Notes under the pieces: generated by a model
Database searches by the model: none
Told to the model about the DNA's origin: nothing
What the model saw: only the letters and a program-made list of their open reading frames with translations
Part shown: piece by piece, positions 41,020-52,556 of the stretch
Layout: every line of letters begins with the position of its first letter
Position numbering within the stretch: position 1 is the first letter of the stretch
DNA from: Candidatus Latescibacterota bacterium
Lineage (GTDB): Bacteria > Latescibacterota > UBA2968 > GCA-2709665
Direction: 5' to 3'
NCBI GenBank assembly: GCA_965237675.1
Contig: OZ250150.1
Span: forward strand, 320,001-384,000
DNA: 64,000 nucleotides
Position numbers and translations under genes: made by a program

Positions 41020-42819
41020 ATGTCGCAGGTGAGGGAAGTTGGCATTCCGGTTCGCGCGGTAAACCGCGCGCAGTTGTACGCGGGGCGGAACGGTGCCGGT
41101 GAAGCGTGTCTGTATGCGACGATGTCGCAGCAGGCCGCGAATCTTTTCGTGTTACAGATCGATCCGGAAACGGGGCGGTTGCGTCAGTTCTGGCCGGACG
41201 TTCCCGACTCGAATTACACCACCGCTGTGTATCAGGCGCGGAACGGACGGCTCTATATCGGGGCGGCGCACTCGGGGCAGCTGTACTGTTTTGATCCTGA
41301 GCAGGACGATCTGGTGAATTTCGGCACCATTAATGAAAAGGCGGCTATTTTTCCGTGCAGCATCGACGAGGACTCACGGGGACTCATCTGGATTTCCAGC
41401 TATGGCACCGCGGATCTGACGAGCTTTAATCCGGAAAACGGGGAGTTTACGCGGTACGGACGGCTGGACGAAGTGGATATGTACGCCTACTGCTACGTGA
41501 ATACCGACGATACGGTCGCGTCGATGATCATGCAGACCCGGCCGCACGTTGTGGTCCTGGATCCGAAGACGGGTGAAAAACGGACGGTGGGGCCGGTCGT
41601 GACTCGCGGCGAAGGGACGCTGACCCTTCACCGGGGGGAGGATGGCAACCTGTACATCGAGTCGAGCGAAGGGAATTTCCGCCTGGAGGGCATGGATGCC
41701 GTCCCGGTGGATGAGACCGTCCCCGCGGAAGGCGTCAAGGCCACCCTGCCGGACGGCAGTACCTTCCGGTTCGTGGATGCGGCGGAGCAGACCTGCCGTA
41801 TTCTGGAGGTAACGGGACCCGACGGAGCGGCGAAGACCTTCAACATCGAATTTGAGGCGGCCGGTACCGATATCTTCTGCCTGCACGGCGGTCCTGATGG
41901 CTGCGTGTACGGATCCAGCGTCCTGCCGGAGCGGATGTTCCGATTTGACCCCGGCAAGGATGATCTTACGGACCTGGGCATCTGTTCGACCGCAACCGGC
42001 GAGGCGTATTCGATGGCGAATCTGGAAGGAAAAATCTACATCTCGTCATACCCGGGTGCTAGAATCTCCATCTACGATCCGGCTCAACCATACCGATTCG
42101 GCGAAAGCCGTGGCAGCAATCCATGGGACATAGGGCGGGTGGACAACATATCGTACCGGCCGCGTTCGACGCTGGGGGGCCCAGGCGGAAAGGTCTGGCT
42201 GGCATCCATTCCGGACTACGGGAGGTGGGGCGGGCCGCTTTCATACTACGACCCGGAAACAGAGGAGAAAAAGGCGTTCTATCGGATTGTGGGAGACGGA
42301 AGCTGCTATACCCTGGCGCATCTGGAGGCGGAAGCACTGATCGCCGTCGGCACGACCGTCAGCGCAGGGAGCGGGACGCAGCCCCGGGTGGACGAGGCGG
42401 TGCTTTTCCTCTTCGACTACGAAGAAGAAGAGAAAGTCTGGGAGGGCGCGCCGGACCCGCCGGTGAAGATCTTCAATGCACTCGTTGCCGTTCCGGACGG
42501 GCGGCTTTTCGGGACGTTCAGTGGTGAAGAACGCGGACCGGAGATTTTCGTGTTCGACCCGAGGGATCGGGTGTTCACGGATCGGATATCCGCCCCCGAG
42601 GGCGGCCCGGTGGACAACGGGCTGCAACTGGGTCCCGACGGACAGATTTACGGTTTGACCCATACCCTGATCTACCGTTTGGATCCCGATTCGCTTTCCG
42701 TAGACGTCATCGTGGAATTCGACGAGAGGTTGGCAGGGCACGGGGCGGCCGGGCCGATTGTTGGGAATGACATATATTTCTCTTCGGGACACCGGTTGAT
42801 GGCGGCGGAGATATTTTAA
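41020..42819 (+). CDS. hypothetical beta-propeller protein
   Basis: 599 aa with GGAGG RBS and repeated GxDGxIYG / xxFDP blade motifs; no signal peptide seen. Confidence 0.75.
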   Translation: MSQVREVGIPVRAVNRAQLYAGRNGAGEACLYATMSQQAANLFVLQIDPETGRLRQFWPDVPDSNYTTAVYQARNGRLYIGAAHSGQLYCFDPEQDDLVNFGTINEKAAIFPCSIDEDSRGLIWISSYGTADLTSFNPENGEFTRYGRLDEVDMYAYCYVNTDDTVASMIMQTRPHVVVLDPKTGEKRTVGPVVTRGEGTLTLHRGEDGNLYIESSEGNFRLEGMDAVPVDETVPAEGVKATLPDGSTFRFVDAAEQTCRILEVTGPDGAAKTFNIEFEAAGTDIFCLHGGPDGCVYGSSVLPERMFRFDPGKDDLTDLGICSTATGEAYSMANLEGKIYISSYPGARISIYDPAQPYRFGESRGSNPWDIGRVDNISYRPRSTLGGPGGKVWLASIPDYGRWGGPLSYYDPETEEKKAFYRIVGDGSCYTLAHLEAEALIAVGTTVSAGSGTQPRVDEAVLFLFDYEEEEKVWEGAPDPPVKIFNALVAVPDGRLFGTFSGEERGPEIFVFDPRDRVFTDRISAPEGGPVDNGLQLGPDGQIYGLTHTLIYRLDPDSLSVDVIVEFDERLAGHGAAGPIVGNDIYFSSGHRLMAAEIF

Positions 42820-42989
42820 CGGGCCAGTGCTTGAACACGCGTGGTCACGATCCGTGCATTTGCGCGATACAGAACGCCGCGCCGGGCCGATGCCGGCATT
42901 CGACGGGTTTGATGCCGTTGCGGATGCGGCGTGTTTCATGCGGCATTCGGCCAGCCGGCCTGAATAGGGACACGAAAGGATAACGGGAA

Positions 42990-44657
42990 ATGGCAAACCT
43001 GTGGAGACCCGAGCCTGAAATGTCGGAGACGTTGCTGGATGCGGTGCCCGGGATTCTCGCGGACCAGCGGAAAGACGGCCGGTTCGGCACCGCGCCCTGG
43101 ATCTGCCGGGACCAGCATAGCATTTTCCACCTGGCCGCAGCCTGGAGCCTTAAGGATAGTCCGTATCGTCACGACGAGCGGCTACTGGCCGCAATCGTGC
43201 GCGGTGGCGATGCGCTGATTGAGGCCCAGGACGAGGCCGGGATGTGGACGTTCTTGAAGAAGGACTATTCCGAGTGGGGGCAAATTTACATGCCCTGGAC
43301 GTACAGCCGTTGGATTCACGCGTATCAGCTGGTTCGGGAGGGGATGGACAGCCCGGCGAGGGACCGGTGGCACGAAGCGTTGATTCTGGGATTCGAGGGG
43401 ATTTCGCAGACGTGCCTGCATCGGGTTCACAATATTCCCACCCACCACGCGATGGCGCTTTACTGCGCCGGCATGGTATTCGAGCGCGAGGATTGGAAGA
43501 CACAGGCGCAGGAATTCATTGAAAAGGTGGTGGCGGCGCAATCCTCGTACGGATGGTGGACCGAGAACGTGGGGCCGGTGGTGTCCTATAACTACGTCTA
43601 TTCCGACGCTTTTGGTATTTACTACAAAATGTCTGGGGATGGGCGCGTGCTGGAGGCGCTTGAGAAAACAGCGCGGTTTCATTCCAATTACATTTATCCG
43701 GACGGGAGCGTGGTGGAGACGGTGGACGAGCGCAATGTGTACAAACACGGCATTCGGCTGGGCAACCCCGGATTCAGCCACACCGCCCCGGGAAGAGGGT
43801 ATCTGGCTCGTCAACATCGGTTGTTTCTGGAGAACGGCGGGGCGTTCGACGTTGACTATGCCGCCCACATGCTGCTTTACGGGGGCGAAGGGGAAATCGA
43901 GGAGACGGCGGCCGACCGGGAGCGGCATACGTACGCGATGGGCGGCGATTCGCTGATCGTCTCGCGCAAGCCGTGGTTCCTGAGTCTCTCGGCCTATTGT
44001 TGTCCGCTCAATGAGAATCGGTTCCGGCAGGACCGGCAGAATTTCGTCAGTGTATTTCACGAGAAAACCGGGTTGATTGCCGGTGGCGGCAATACCAAGC
44101 TGCAGCCGCTGTGGAGTACGTTCGCCGTGGGGGACACATCGCTGATGCGACATACGCCGGGGGATATCGAACCGGACTTCGGCCCGTTTGAAGGGCTGGC
44201 GCATATCCCCGACAGGGCGGAAATCCTCAAAGATGAAGGGTGCCCGGGGGTTGAACTGCACTATGGAGAGCATGTGGGAACCGTGACGCTTGCGCCGCAG
44301 GGGGAGATGCAGCTGCTTCTGGTCTACGAGGTGGCAGGCAACTCCGGGATGAGCATGCAAGGGCACGTCACACTGCTCCCGCATCCGGATGAAGAACTGC
44401 GGTCGTCGTCGGGCGAATGCGTTGAATTGGGGGCGGATGCCGTGGAATGGAAGGGTGCGGATGGTTCCTGGTTCGAACACGCGGGCTGGCGACTGTCACT
44501 CCCGTCGGGCGCGCGGCTTGTGTGGCCGGCGCTGCCGCACAACCCTTACACGAAGGCAGGAGAGGCGCAAATCGAAGAAGCGCGATTGGCGCTGGTGCTG
44601 CCGTTTTCCGAGGATACCCGTCGGTATGAAATGAGGCTGGAAATTGTCCAGGAGTGA
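42990..44657 (+). CDS. hypothetical protein, probable (alpha/alpha)-toroid lyase/hydrolase-like
   Basis: 555-aa Trp/Tyr-rich ORF with QxxDG/QxxxGxW repeats and HNIPTHH. Confidence 0.7.
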   Translation: MANLWRPEPEMSETLLDAVPGILADQRKDGRFGTAPWICRDQHSIFHLAAAWSLKDSPYRHDERLLAAIVRGGDALIEAQDEAGMWTFLKKDYSEWGQIYMPWTYSRWIHAYQLVREGMDSPARDRWHEALILGFEGISQTCLHRVHNIPTHHAMALYCAGMVFEREDWKTQAQEFIEKVVAAQSSYGWWTENVGPVVSYNYVYSDAFGIYYKMSGDGRVLEALEKTARFHSNYIYPDGSVVETVDERNVYKHGIRLGNPGFSHTAPGRGYLARQHRLFLENGGAFDVDYAAHMLLYGGEGEIEETAADRERHTYAMGGDSLIVSRKPWFLSLSAYCCPLNENRFRQDRQNFVSVFHEKTGLIAGGGNTKLQPLWSTFAVGDTSLMRHTPGDIEPDFGPFEGLAHIPDRAEILKDEGCPGVELHYGEHVGTVTLAPQGEMQLLLVYEVAGNSGMSMQGHVTLLPHPDEELRSSSGECVELGADAVEWKGADGSWFEHAGWRLSLPSGARLVWPALPHNPYTKAGEAQIEEARLALVLPFSEDTRRYEMRLEIVQE

Positions 44658-44761
44658 GCATCCGCGAAACAAAGGACGAAGACGAAAGGACCGATACGAG
44701 ACCGATCCGTGATGGACGTTCCGTATTTTCAATTTTGTCCTGGGACACAAAGGAGGCCGTC

Positions 44762-45175
44762 GTGGCTGAGAAAATAGAAAAGACCGATGAGGAGTGGCAA
44801 GAAAAGCTGACGCCCGAACAGTATCAGGTAACAAGAAGGGGCGGAACGGAGAGGGCGTTTACGGGCGAATACCACGAGTTCAAAGGAAAAGGGTCTTATC
44901 TGTGTGTCTGCTGCGGAAATGAGCTGTTTCGTTCCGACACCAAATACGATTCCTGCTCGGGCTGGCCCAGCTTCTGGGCCCCGAAGGATGCGGCGAACGT
45001 TGAGACCGAGACGGATCTGGCCTACGGCATGGCGCGCACGGAGGTAAAGTGCAGCCGATGCGACGCGCATCTCGGGCATGTGTTCGACGATGGACCCCAG
45101 CCAACCGGTTTGCGGTACTGCATGAATTCGGCGGCGCTGGACTTTGCGGTGAAAGAAGCGGACAGGGAGGGTTGA
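44762..45175 (+). CDS. msrB: peptide-methionine (R)-S-oxide reductase
   Basis: [51 protein letters not shown] precedes GTG 44762. Confidence 0.97.
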   Translation: MAEKIEKTDEEWQEKLTPEQYQVTRRGGTERAFTGEYHEFKGKGSYLCVCCGNELFRSDTKYDSCSGWPSFWAPKDAANVETETDLAYGMARTEVKCSRCDAHLGHVFDDGPQPTGLRYCMNSAALDFAVKEADREG

Positions 45176-45254
45176 ACCGCCAGCCTGCGCGGTTTGTTCG
45201 AAAGGGCAATTCGCCGCGCCGCACCCCTGCGATTCGAGTGCCAATATCGGCCAT

Positions 45255-45746
45255 GTGACACCCCTAACCATGGAGAATACACTGATGAGTCTGAGCTTTG
45301 CCACCCGGGAAATCGAGTCGCAACCTGTTGTGGGCATCCGCGCCACAACCAGGATGGAGGAGATTGCCGAAGTCATTGGCGCCCTTTTCGGCGAGGTAAT
45401 GGACTATCTCAACCAGAACGGTCTTGCGCCGGCGGGGATGCCCTTTACAATATACCACGAGATGGATTGCGACCGCCTCGATATGGAATGCGGGATGCCC
45501 GTGGCTTCAACTGTAGAGGGTACTGAGCGCGTTCGATCAGGCGAACTTCCCGCAGGGAAAATGGTGACGGTGACGCACATGGGTCCCTACGAGCAGCTGG
45601 GACAGACGTGGTCGGCGCTGAAGGATTGGATGGAGAAACAGGGGATGCAGGCGGCGGGAGCGCCCTGGGAGGTCTACATGACGGATCCGGGCGCTGAGCC
45701 CGACCAGTCAAAATGGCGTACCGACATCTTCTTCCCCGTGCGTTGA
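45255..45746 (+). CDS. GyrI-like small-molecule binding protein
   Basis: Motifs PAGMPFTIYH, ELPAG, HMGPYEQL, PWEVYMTDP...WRTDIFFP. The start may be ATG 45285. Confidence 0.9.
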   Translation: MTPLTMENTLMSLSFATREIESQPVVGIRATTRMEEIAEVIGALFGEVMDYLNQNGLAPAGMPFTIYHEMDCDRLDMECGMPVASTVEGTERVRSGELPAGKMVTVTHMGPYEQLGQTWSALKDWMEKQGMQAAGAPWEVYMTDPGAEPDQSKWRTDIFFPVR

Positions 45747-45856
45747 TCGGAGGCGCGGGTACAGGGATTTCGGTGGCGTCCGGATGGGCCGTTGGCGAAT
45801 AGGCATCGGCCCTCGTTTGCGAAATACGGATGAGATTCATGCTTAAGGAGTAAAGA

Positions 45857-46669
45857 ATGAAATACCGATTTGCCGAAATGATATGGTATGAAATCAAGGA
45901 AGCCGCGGAACAGGACCGGGTGGCGGTCCTTCCGGTGGCGACATACGAGGATCACGGCCCTCACCTTCCGGTGGATACCGACGTCGTACTCTGTACCGAG
46001 ATCTGCGAACGGGCCGTGGCGCGGATCCCGTCTGAGGCCGTTCTGGCCCCGCCGGTTCCGCATGGGTACAGCCCCCACCACATGGATTTCCACGGGACGC
46101 TGACGATTACGTGGGATACCTTCATCAGATACGTCAAGGATGTCTGCTGCAGCCTCGCGCACCACGGCTTCAAGCGGATTCTGGTCGTGAACGGCCACGG
46201 AAGCAATGCGTCGCCGCTGGACCTGGCAGCCCGGTTGTCGGTGATCGAATACGAGGGCAGTATTCTGTGCGGCTCGGTGAATCACTGGGGGCTTCGGAAG
46301 TTGAAAGAGGTGGGCCGTGAACTGAGGGAGTCCGACTACGGCGGGACCTCCCACGGAGGAGAGTTTGAGACGTCATTGTATCTGGCATTGAAGCCGGACC
46401 TGGTGGACATGAGCAAGGCGGTCGACGAACGGTCGCCCCTGTCGAACAGTTTCCAGTCCGATCTGCTGGCGGGCGGCCACCCGGATGGGTCCAGTGCGAA
46501 TTTCACGCCGTACTGGAGCACGAAAACGGCCAGCGGCGTGATGGGGGACGCGACAAAGGCCAGCAGTGAGAAAGGGGAACAATTCCTGGAGGCAGCCATA
46601 GAGGGGCTGATCGAACTGGTGCGGGAACTCAGGGCAACGGAAATTATGGACCGGCGTGACCAGCATTAG
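45857..46669 (+). CDS. creatininase family protein
   Basis: Motifs EDHGPHLPVDTD, GYSPHHMDFHGT, VNGHGSN, HGGEFETS, SGVMGD. Confidence 0.95.
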   Translation: MKYRFAEMIWYEIKEAAEQDRVAVLPVATYEDHGPHLPVDTDVVLCTEICERAVARIPSEAVLAPPVPHGYSPHHMDFHGTLTITWDTFIRYVKDVCCSLAHHGFKRILVVNGHGSNASPLDLAARLSVIEYEGSILCGSVNHWGLRKLKEVGRELRESDYGGTSHGGEFETSLYLALKPDLVDMSKAVDERSPLSNSFQSDLLAGGHPDGSSANFTPYWSTKTASGVMGDATKASSEKGEQFLEAAIEGLIELVRELRATEIMDRRDQH

Positions 46670-46723
46670 TGTTCCATCCCTGAACACCTGATCTGCCGCG
46701 AAGCCGGACGAAAGGGTGTATAC

Positions 46724-47725
46724 GTGAAGACGAATGTTTTCACCAGCGGACAGGACGGGTACCACACGTACCGGATTCCGGCGGTTCTTGTTGCACCCGG
46801 CGGATCCCTGCTGGCCTTTTGTGAAGGCCGACGGAACAATCAGTGGGATCACGGTGATATCGACCTCCTGATGAAGCGTTCGGATGACGGGGGACGGTCC
46901 TGGTCGGCGCCGGCGGTCCTATACGGTGAGACCGGTGAGGTTACCATCGGTAATCCCTGTCCCGTGGTGGACGCGGAGACGGGCACGATCTGGATGTTGT
47001 TCTGTCGCGACAATGTGGATGTGCTGGTCACGCACAGTGTCGACGACGGACGGACCTGGTCGGATCCGGTCGACATTACGGAGGACGTCAAAGAGCGGGC
47101 GTGGACCTGGTATGCGACCGGCCCGGGGGTGGGCATCCATCTTAAAAAGGGCGCGCGCGAGGGGCGGCTGCTGATTCCCTGCGATCACCGGTATCCGGAA
47201 GCGTACGACTGTGGTTCCCATTCGATATACAGTGACGACGGGGGGAAATCCTGGCGGTTGGGGGGCTCGGTCCGTCCCGGGCACAACGAGTGCCAGTTCG
47301 GTGAGCTTGCGGACGGAACCGTCGTCATGAACACCCGGATGCAGACGCACAGCGACGGGTATCGCGGAACTGCGCTGAGCCGGGACGGCGGGGAGTCCTG
47401 GCACGGGTTCCGGCACGATCGGAACCTGCCGTGTCCCAAGTGCCAGGCCAGCCTCGTGGAAGGCGGCGGCAACAACAGCCTGCTGTTTTCGAATCCCGCG
47501 GCTCCCGGGCCAGTAAGTCCCGGTGGGGGAGAGCGGGTGAACATGACCGTCCGACGGAGCAACGACGGGGGAAAGACCTGGCCCGCGGCGAAATCGCTGC
47601 ACGAGGGTCCTGCGGCGTATTCCTGCCTCGTGGTGCTTCCCGATGGCGCGGTCGGCTGTCTGTACGAAGCGGGATCGGCATCGGCGTACGAGCACATTGT
47701 TTTCGAGCGTTGCCGGGTGGATTGA
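46724..47725 (+). CDS. sialidase (GH33-like, BNR/Asp-box)
   Basis: YRIP motif; Asp-boxes [40 protein letters not shown]; AYS...LYE. No signal peptide. Confidence 0.93.
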   Translation: MKTNVFTSGQDGYHTYRIPAVLVAPGGSLLAFCEGRRNNQWDHGDIDLLMKRSDDGGRSWSAPAVLYGETGEVTIGNPCPVVDAETGTIWMLFCRDNVDVLVTHSVDDGRTWSDPVDITEDVKERAWTWYATGPGVGIHLKKGAREGRLLIPCDHRYPEAYDCGSHSIYSDDGGKSWRLGGSVRPGHNECQFGELADGTVVMNTRMQTHSDGYRGTALSRDGGESWHGFRHDRNLPCPKCQASLVEGGGNNSLLFSNPAAPGPVSPGGGERVNMTVRRSNDGGKTWPAAKSLHEGPAAYSCLVVLPDGAVGCLYEAGSASAYEHIVFERCRVD

Positions 47726-47734
47726 GGATTCGTC

Positions 47735-49060
47735 ATGGAAAAGACATCGGTCGGAGGCGGGCCGTCGGTGGAGGAACGATATCGGACGGGCAGCCCGCGT
47801 TCCGAAGCGGCTTTCGAACAGGCCAGTGCGGTGATGCCGGGCGGGGTGAAAGGGGCGTACTTCTACAAGCCCTATCCGCTGACCGTCGAGCGGGGCGAAG
47901 GGTGTTACGTGTACGACCTGGACGGCCGCAAACTGGTGGATTTCAACAACCACCATACGGCGCAGATTCTTGGCCACAACCATCCGGCGGTGGTGGCCGC
48001 GGTGCACGGGCAGCTTTCCCGGGGGATCGCCTTGAGTGCGCCCGCCGGCGTGGAGACGGGACTGGCCGAAGAGATGTGCAGGCGGGTGAAGTCCATTGAG
48101 AAAATCAGATTCTGCAATTCCGGAACGGAAGCGACTCTGCACGCCATTCGTCTGGCGCGCGGGGTCAGCGGGCGGCCGAAGATCGCCAAGTTCGAGGGCG
48201 GATATCATGGAAGCCACGACGTGGTGGAAGTGAGTGTGGCTCCGCCCCTTGATAAGGCCGGGCCCGCGTCGGCCCCGCGTTCGGTATCCACAGCGGGCGG
48301 CGCTTCACCTAACGCGGCCGGCGAGGTCGTGGTGCTGCCGTATGATGATGAGAACGCGGCGGAGCGATTGATCGCGCGGCATCGACGCGAACTGGCCTGT
48401 GTGATATTCGATCCCCGGGCGGGCATTCTGACGCAGCGCGAGGAGTTCACGCGGTTTGTATGTGACATGGCGCGTCAGAATAATGTGCTGTTGATTTTCG
48501 ATGAGATCGTCGGATTCCGGGTCGGTACCGGGGGGCTGCAGGAACGCTACGGAATCACGCCGGATCTGACGACGTATGGAAAGGTAATCGGCGGCGGTTT
48601 TCCGGTGGGCGCCTTCGGAGGCCGGGCGGACCTGATGGATCGATTCGATTCGTCGCAGGGGCCGACCGGTTTTTTTCAGAGCGGCACGTTCAGCGGGCAT
48701 CCCGTGGTAATGGCTGCGGGCCTGGCCACGCTGGAGCAGTTGACGCCGGATGTGTTTGTGCACCTGGACCGCCTGGGAGAACGCCTCCGGGACGGGTTGA
48801 ACAGGTTGTTTGCAGACAGAAACGTGGATGCGACTGCGGTGGGTGTGGGATCGCTGTTCAGCATTCATTTTTCAGGCGAGAAGATGGTGAACTATCGTCA
48901 CCTGGCGCGAACGGATAAGGCGGCGGCGCACCGTCTGCTACTCGGTCTGATCGAACAGGGATATTTCCTGGGCAACGGTCTGTTGATGAACGCCGTCTCG
49001 GCGCCGATGGATGAAGGCCATGTGGACGGGTTGATCGCGGCGGTGGGCAGGGCGATGTGA
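47735..49060 (+). CDS. class III aminotransferase, GSA-aminomutase-like
   Basis: Motifs MPGG, RFCNSGTEAT, KFEGGYHG, IFDEIVGFR, TYGKVIGGGFPVGAFGG. Confidence 0.92.
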   Translation: MEKTSVGGGPSVEERYRTGSPRSEAAFEQASAVMPGGVKGAYFYKPYPLTVERGEGCYVYDLDGRKLVDFNNHHTAQILGHNHPAVVAAVHGQLSRGIALSAPAGVETGLAEEMCRRVKSIEKIRFCNSGTEATLHAIRLARGVSGRPKIAKFEGGYHGSHDVVEVSVAPPLDKAGPASAPRSVSTAGGASPNAAGEVVVLPYDDENAAERLIARHRRELACVIFDPRAGILTQREEFTRFVCDMARQNNVLLIFDEIVGFRVGTGGLQERYGITPDLTTYGKVIGGGFPVGAFGGRADLMDRFDSSQGPTGFFQSGTFSGHPVVMAAGLATLEQLTPDVFVHLDRLGERLRDGLNRLFADRNVDATAVGVGSLFSIHFSGEKMVNYRHLARTDKAAAHRLLLGLIEQGYFLGNGLLMNAVSAPMDEGHVDGLIAAVGRAM

Positions 49061-49198
49061 AATTCTTCACGGGTTTTCTCGAAACTTGTTCCATTTGTCG
49101 CCGACCCCTCACTGCCGCGCAAGCGTTCTTGGTTCTTCTGTTCACACGTTCGTCCTCGGACGGGCGCATGTGTGCTTTTGATTCCGGAGGATATTGAA

Positions 49199-49966
49199 AT
49201 GCGATACATCGACACGCACGCCCACCTGGGGCCATGGTTTGATGAGATCACGACGTTCACGGCCGAGGGCTTTGTGGCGTTGCAGGAGCGGGCGGGAATC
49301 GAGCGGACCGTGGTGACGTCCGGATCGGCGCTGTTTACGGAGTTGACGTACGGCAACGAGTGGACCATACAACAGGCGGAGAAACTGGAACATCTTCTCG
49401 TATGGCTGGTGTTGAATCCGTTGAAGATGAGCGAGTCGCTGGAGTTGCTGGACCGGTTCAAGGACCATCCCAAGGTTGCGGGGTTTAAAATCCATCCGGT
49501 TCAGCACAAGTATCCGGCGGACATCAAACCCTCTTTCCGGTTATTGGAAAAGCTGGAACCCATCGGTTTGCCGGTGCTGTCCCACGGAGAGAACGAATCG
49601 TACGCAGCCCCGGCCCGGTTGCGGCGGCTGGCCGAAGCCTTTCCGTCTCTGACGTTGATCACGGCGCATTTCGGCGCGGGGCAGCCGGGGCAGACATACG
49701 AGGCGATTGATGCGCTCCAGGATTGCAAAACGGGCAACCTCTATACGGACATGGGCACGGCGAGGGCGATACGAACGGGCATCATCGGGTTGGTGGTGCG
49801 TGAGGTGGGCGCGGACAGGGTGTTGTTCGGTACGGATTCGCCTCTGTACGAGCCCATGGCGTTCCCCGCGTTGCTGGCAGCGGCGGATATAACGGAAGAA
49901 GAACGGGAACAGATCGCTTACAGGAATGCGGAGCGGCTCGTGCTGGCGCCGAAGGGGTTGGCGTAG
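49199..49966 (+). CDS. amidohydrolase family protein
   Basis: Motifs IDTHAH, GFKIHP, AHFG, VGADRVLFGTDSP. GGAGG precedes ATG 49199. Confidence 0.92.
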   Translation: MRYIDTHAHLGPWFDEITTFTAEGFVALQERAGIERTVVTSGSALFTELTYGNEWTIQQAEKLEHLLVWLVLNPLKMSESLELLDRFKDHPKVAGFKIHPVQHKYPADIKPSFRLLEKLEPIGLPVLSHGENESYAAPARLRRLAEAFPSLTLITAHFGAGQPGQTYEAIDALQDCKTGNLYTDMGTARAIRTGIIGLVVREVGADRVLFGTDSPLYEPMAFPALLAAADITEEEREQIAYRNAERLVLAPKGLA

Positions 49967-50012
49967 TGTTCTGTCGATGGTGTCGAGGCAAAGCGTACGG
50001 AGGAATAGCCCG

Positions 50013-51365
50013 ATGAAACTGGATCGGCGTCAGCGCCGATTGCTGAAGCGGACGTTTCTGGATTATCAGCAGACGTCGGCCTTTATGGAACATCCGTTAC
50101 TCGTGAAAAGGGCGCATGGCCTCTATTACTGGGATATCGAGGGCAAGCGCTATTTTGACGGGATCGGCGGCATCTTCGTGGCCTCGCTTGGACACGGCCA
50201 TCCCCGGGTACTGGAGGCGATGCGAAAGCAGGCGGAGACGCTCGGATTCTCGCCGCCGATGCACGGGCTCTCGGACGTGGCGCTGGATTTCGTGGAGAAA
50301 CTGGGCGGAGTCACGCCGGGGAACCTGAATTTCATCAAATCCTACAGCGGCGGTTCCGAAGCCGTCGAATCCACGCTGAAGTTTACCCGGCAGTACTTCA
50401 AGCAGAGCGGCCAACCGGGCAAGTACAAATTCGTCAGCCGTTACTTCGGGTATCACGGAGCAACGTTCGGCGCCATGGCAGCCAGCGGGACGGGGAAACG
50501 CAAGACGCCGTTCGAGCCCCAGATGAGCGGATTCCTCAAGGTCTTTCCGCCTACGTATTACAGAGACCGTTTTGCTTCCTGGGAGGAATGCAACCGCTTC
50601 TGCGCGCAAATGTTCGAGGACGTGATCGTCAATGAAGACCCGGATACGGTGGCGGGTGTCATTCTGGAACCTATAGGCAATACCGGCGGGATTATTACAC
50701 CCACCGAGGAGTATTTTCAGATTATCCGCGACGTCTGCGACCGGTACGATGTGATATTGATCTACGATGAGATTATCACGGGGTTCGGCAAGACCGGCTC
50801 GATGTTCGCAGCCCAGACGTTCGGGGTGACGCCCGATATCATCTGCGCGGGAAAAGGCATCTCAAGCGGGGCATATCCGGTGGGGGCCATGATGGCGCGG
50901 GAGGATATGGGAGACGTCTTTCTCGGACCGGTGGCGGCGGAGGTCAACTTTGCGCATGGGCATACGTTCGCGGCCAATCCCGTTGCCTGCGCCGTCGGAA
51001 TGGCCGTAATCGACGAAATCGTGGAGCAGGAGTTGGATCGGAAGGCCGGGGAACTCGGCAATTATCTGGCATCCAGGCTGGAAGGGTTGAAGGATCTGGG
51101 CGTGGTGCGCGAGGTGCGGGGCCGGGGGCTGTTGCAGGGCGTTGAACTCGTGAGGGACACCACGTCAATGGCCCCGTTTCCGGAACTGGGGCAGGCGCTG
51201 AAACGGACCTCCCTGGCGAACGGGCTGTTGATTCGGATCGACCCGACCTGGTTTGCCGTGAGCCCGGCGTTGATCGTGCAGCGTGAGGATATCGACGAAC
51301 TGTGCGATCTGGTGCGGAAGAGCCTCATCGACGCGCTGGAGCAGGTCGAAACTGAAAGTCCGTGA
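50013..51365 (+). CDS. class III (omega-amino acid-type) aminotransferase
   Basis: Motifs GGSEAVE, YHGAT, ILEPI, DEIITGFGKTG, AGKGISSG, HGHTFAANP. GGAGG precedes ATG 50013. Confidence 0.93.
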   Translation: MKLDRRQRRLLKRTFLDYQQTSAFMEHPLLVKRAHGLYYWDIEGKRYFDGIGGIFVASLGHGHPRVLEAMRKQAETLGFSPPMHGLSDVALDFVEKLGGVTPGNLNFIKSYSGGSEAVESTLKFTRQYFKQSGQPGKYKFVSRYFGYHGATFGAMAASGTGKRKTPFEPQMSGFLKVFPPTYYRDRFASWEECNRFCAQMFEDVIVNEDPDTVAGVILEPIGNTGGIITPTEEYFQIIRDVCDRYDVILIYDEIITGFGKTGSMFAAQTFGVTPDIICAGKGISSGAYPVGAMMAREDMGDVFLGPVAAEVNFAHGHTFAANPVACAVGMAVIDEIVEQELDRKAGELGNYLASRLEGLKDLGVVREVRGRGLLQGVELVRDTTSMAPFPELGQALKRTSLANGLLIRIDPTWFAVSPALIVQREDIDELCDLVRKSLIDALEQVETESP

Positions 51366-51443
51366 TCCTTTGGCGTCCCGCAGGGTCGAGAACGACTGCA
51401 CTCTGTTGGATTTCAGCGTTGGAGAACAATTCAGGAGGTCCAG

Positions 51444-52544
51444 ATGGCGAATTATCGCGTGGCGATCATCGGCACGGGTCGCGTGGGATACCAGTTCAGT
51501 TTCGGAGATCTGCCGGACAACCACGCCGATACATTGCGGCAACATGCCGACTGCGAACTCGTGGCGGGTGTGAACCGGGGGCGCGAAAAGCTGGAGATCT
51601 TCGGACAGCGATACGGAATCGACGCGCTCTATCACGACTACCGGCGGATGCTGGACGAGATCAGGCCGGATATCTGTATTGTGGCCACCCATCCGGAATT
51701 GCATTGCGAGATGGTGGAGACATGCGCCGCTGCATCCACGACAAAGGCGATTGTCTGCGAGAAGCCGATGGCTCTGTCCCTGGAGGAATGCGACCGCATG
51801 ATCGACGCTTGCGACAACGCGGGCATCCTGCTGCAGATCAATCACAACCGGCGGTGGTCACCGGAATGGAATCTGGGGCTGCAGCTGTTGCGCGACGGCG
51901 CGATCGGAGACCTGAATCACGTCTATTGTTATATGGATGGCGGCAAACCGGCGCCGTGGTGGCGAAGCGGGAACGAGGGGCCGCTTCTGCACGACTTTAC
52001 CCATTATTTCGACCTGATGGATATGTACGCCGGCGAGGTGGCATGGTTGTGCGGCATGGCGGAACAGCGGATGCGGCCGTGGGCGGTCGAGGACTTCGGC
52101 GCTGCAATGATGAAGTTTGAGAATGGAGCGACGGGGTTGGTACATGGCGCGGAACTGACAGCCTATACGGACAATGCGTTTGAGTTGCGCGGGAGTGAGG
52201 GCGTGATCCGTTTTCTGGGAGAACGGGTCCATCTCTACCAGGCGGTTGAGGACGACTACGAACCGGACAGCGGGTTTCAATGGAGTTCGTTGAAGCTGGC
52301 GCAGGTCGACCATCCGCCGCCCGCGTCCACGTATGTCCTCGCGCTGAACGAGTTGGTGAACGCGCTGGAGGGTCGCGGCGAATTGAGGAGCGACGGACGG
52401 GTTGGCCTGCGGTCCCTGGAAATGGTGATGGCAATCTACCAGTCCCAGCTTTCGGGCAATCGGCCCGTCCATTTCCCGCTCGAAGCGCGCGGCTCGGGTG
52501 TGGAAGCCCTGCGCGAAGCGGGTGCGTTCGTTGAGCGTGAATGA
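51444..52544 (+). CDS. Gfo/Idh/MocA family oxidoreductase
   Basis: Motifs VAIIGTGRVG, CEKPMA, NHNRRW, LHDFTHYFD. Confidence 0.93.
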   Translation: MANYRVAIIGTGRVGYQFSFGDLPDNHADTLRQHADCELVAGVNRGREKLEIFGQRYGIDALYHDYRRMLDEIRPDICIVATHPELHCEMVETCAAASTTKAIVCEKPMALSLEECDRMIDACDNAGILLQINHNRRWSPEWNLGLQLLRDGAIGDLNHVYCYMDGGKPAPWWRSGNEGPLLHDFTHYFDLMDMYAGEVAWLCGMAEQRMRPWAVEDFGAAMMKFENGATGLVHGAELTAYTDNAFELRGSEGVIRFLGERVHLYQAVEDDYEPDSGFQWSSLKLAQVDHPPPASTYVLALNELVNALEGRGELRSDGRVGLRSLEMVMAIYQSQLSGNRPVHFPLEARGSGVEALREAGAFVERE

Positions 52545-52556
52545 GCGACCAAAGGA

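Noticed and set aside
47735-49060. hemL assignment
   Set aside because: It lacks the PGGVNSPVR motif and has DP rather than EP at the conserved site; the context is catabolic.
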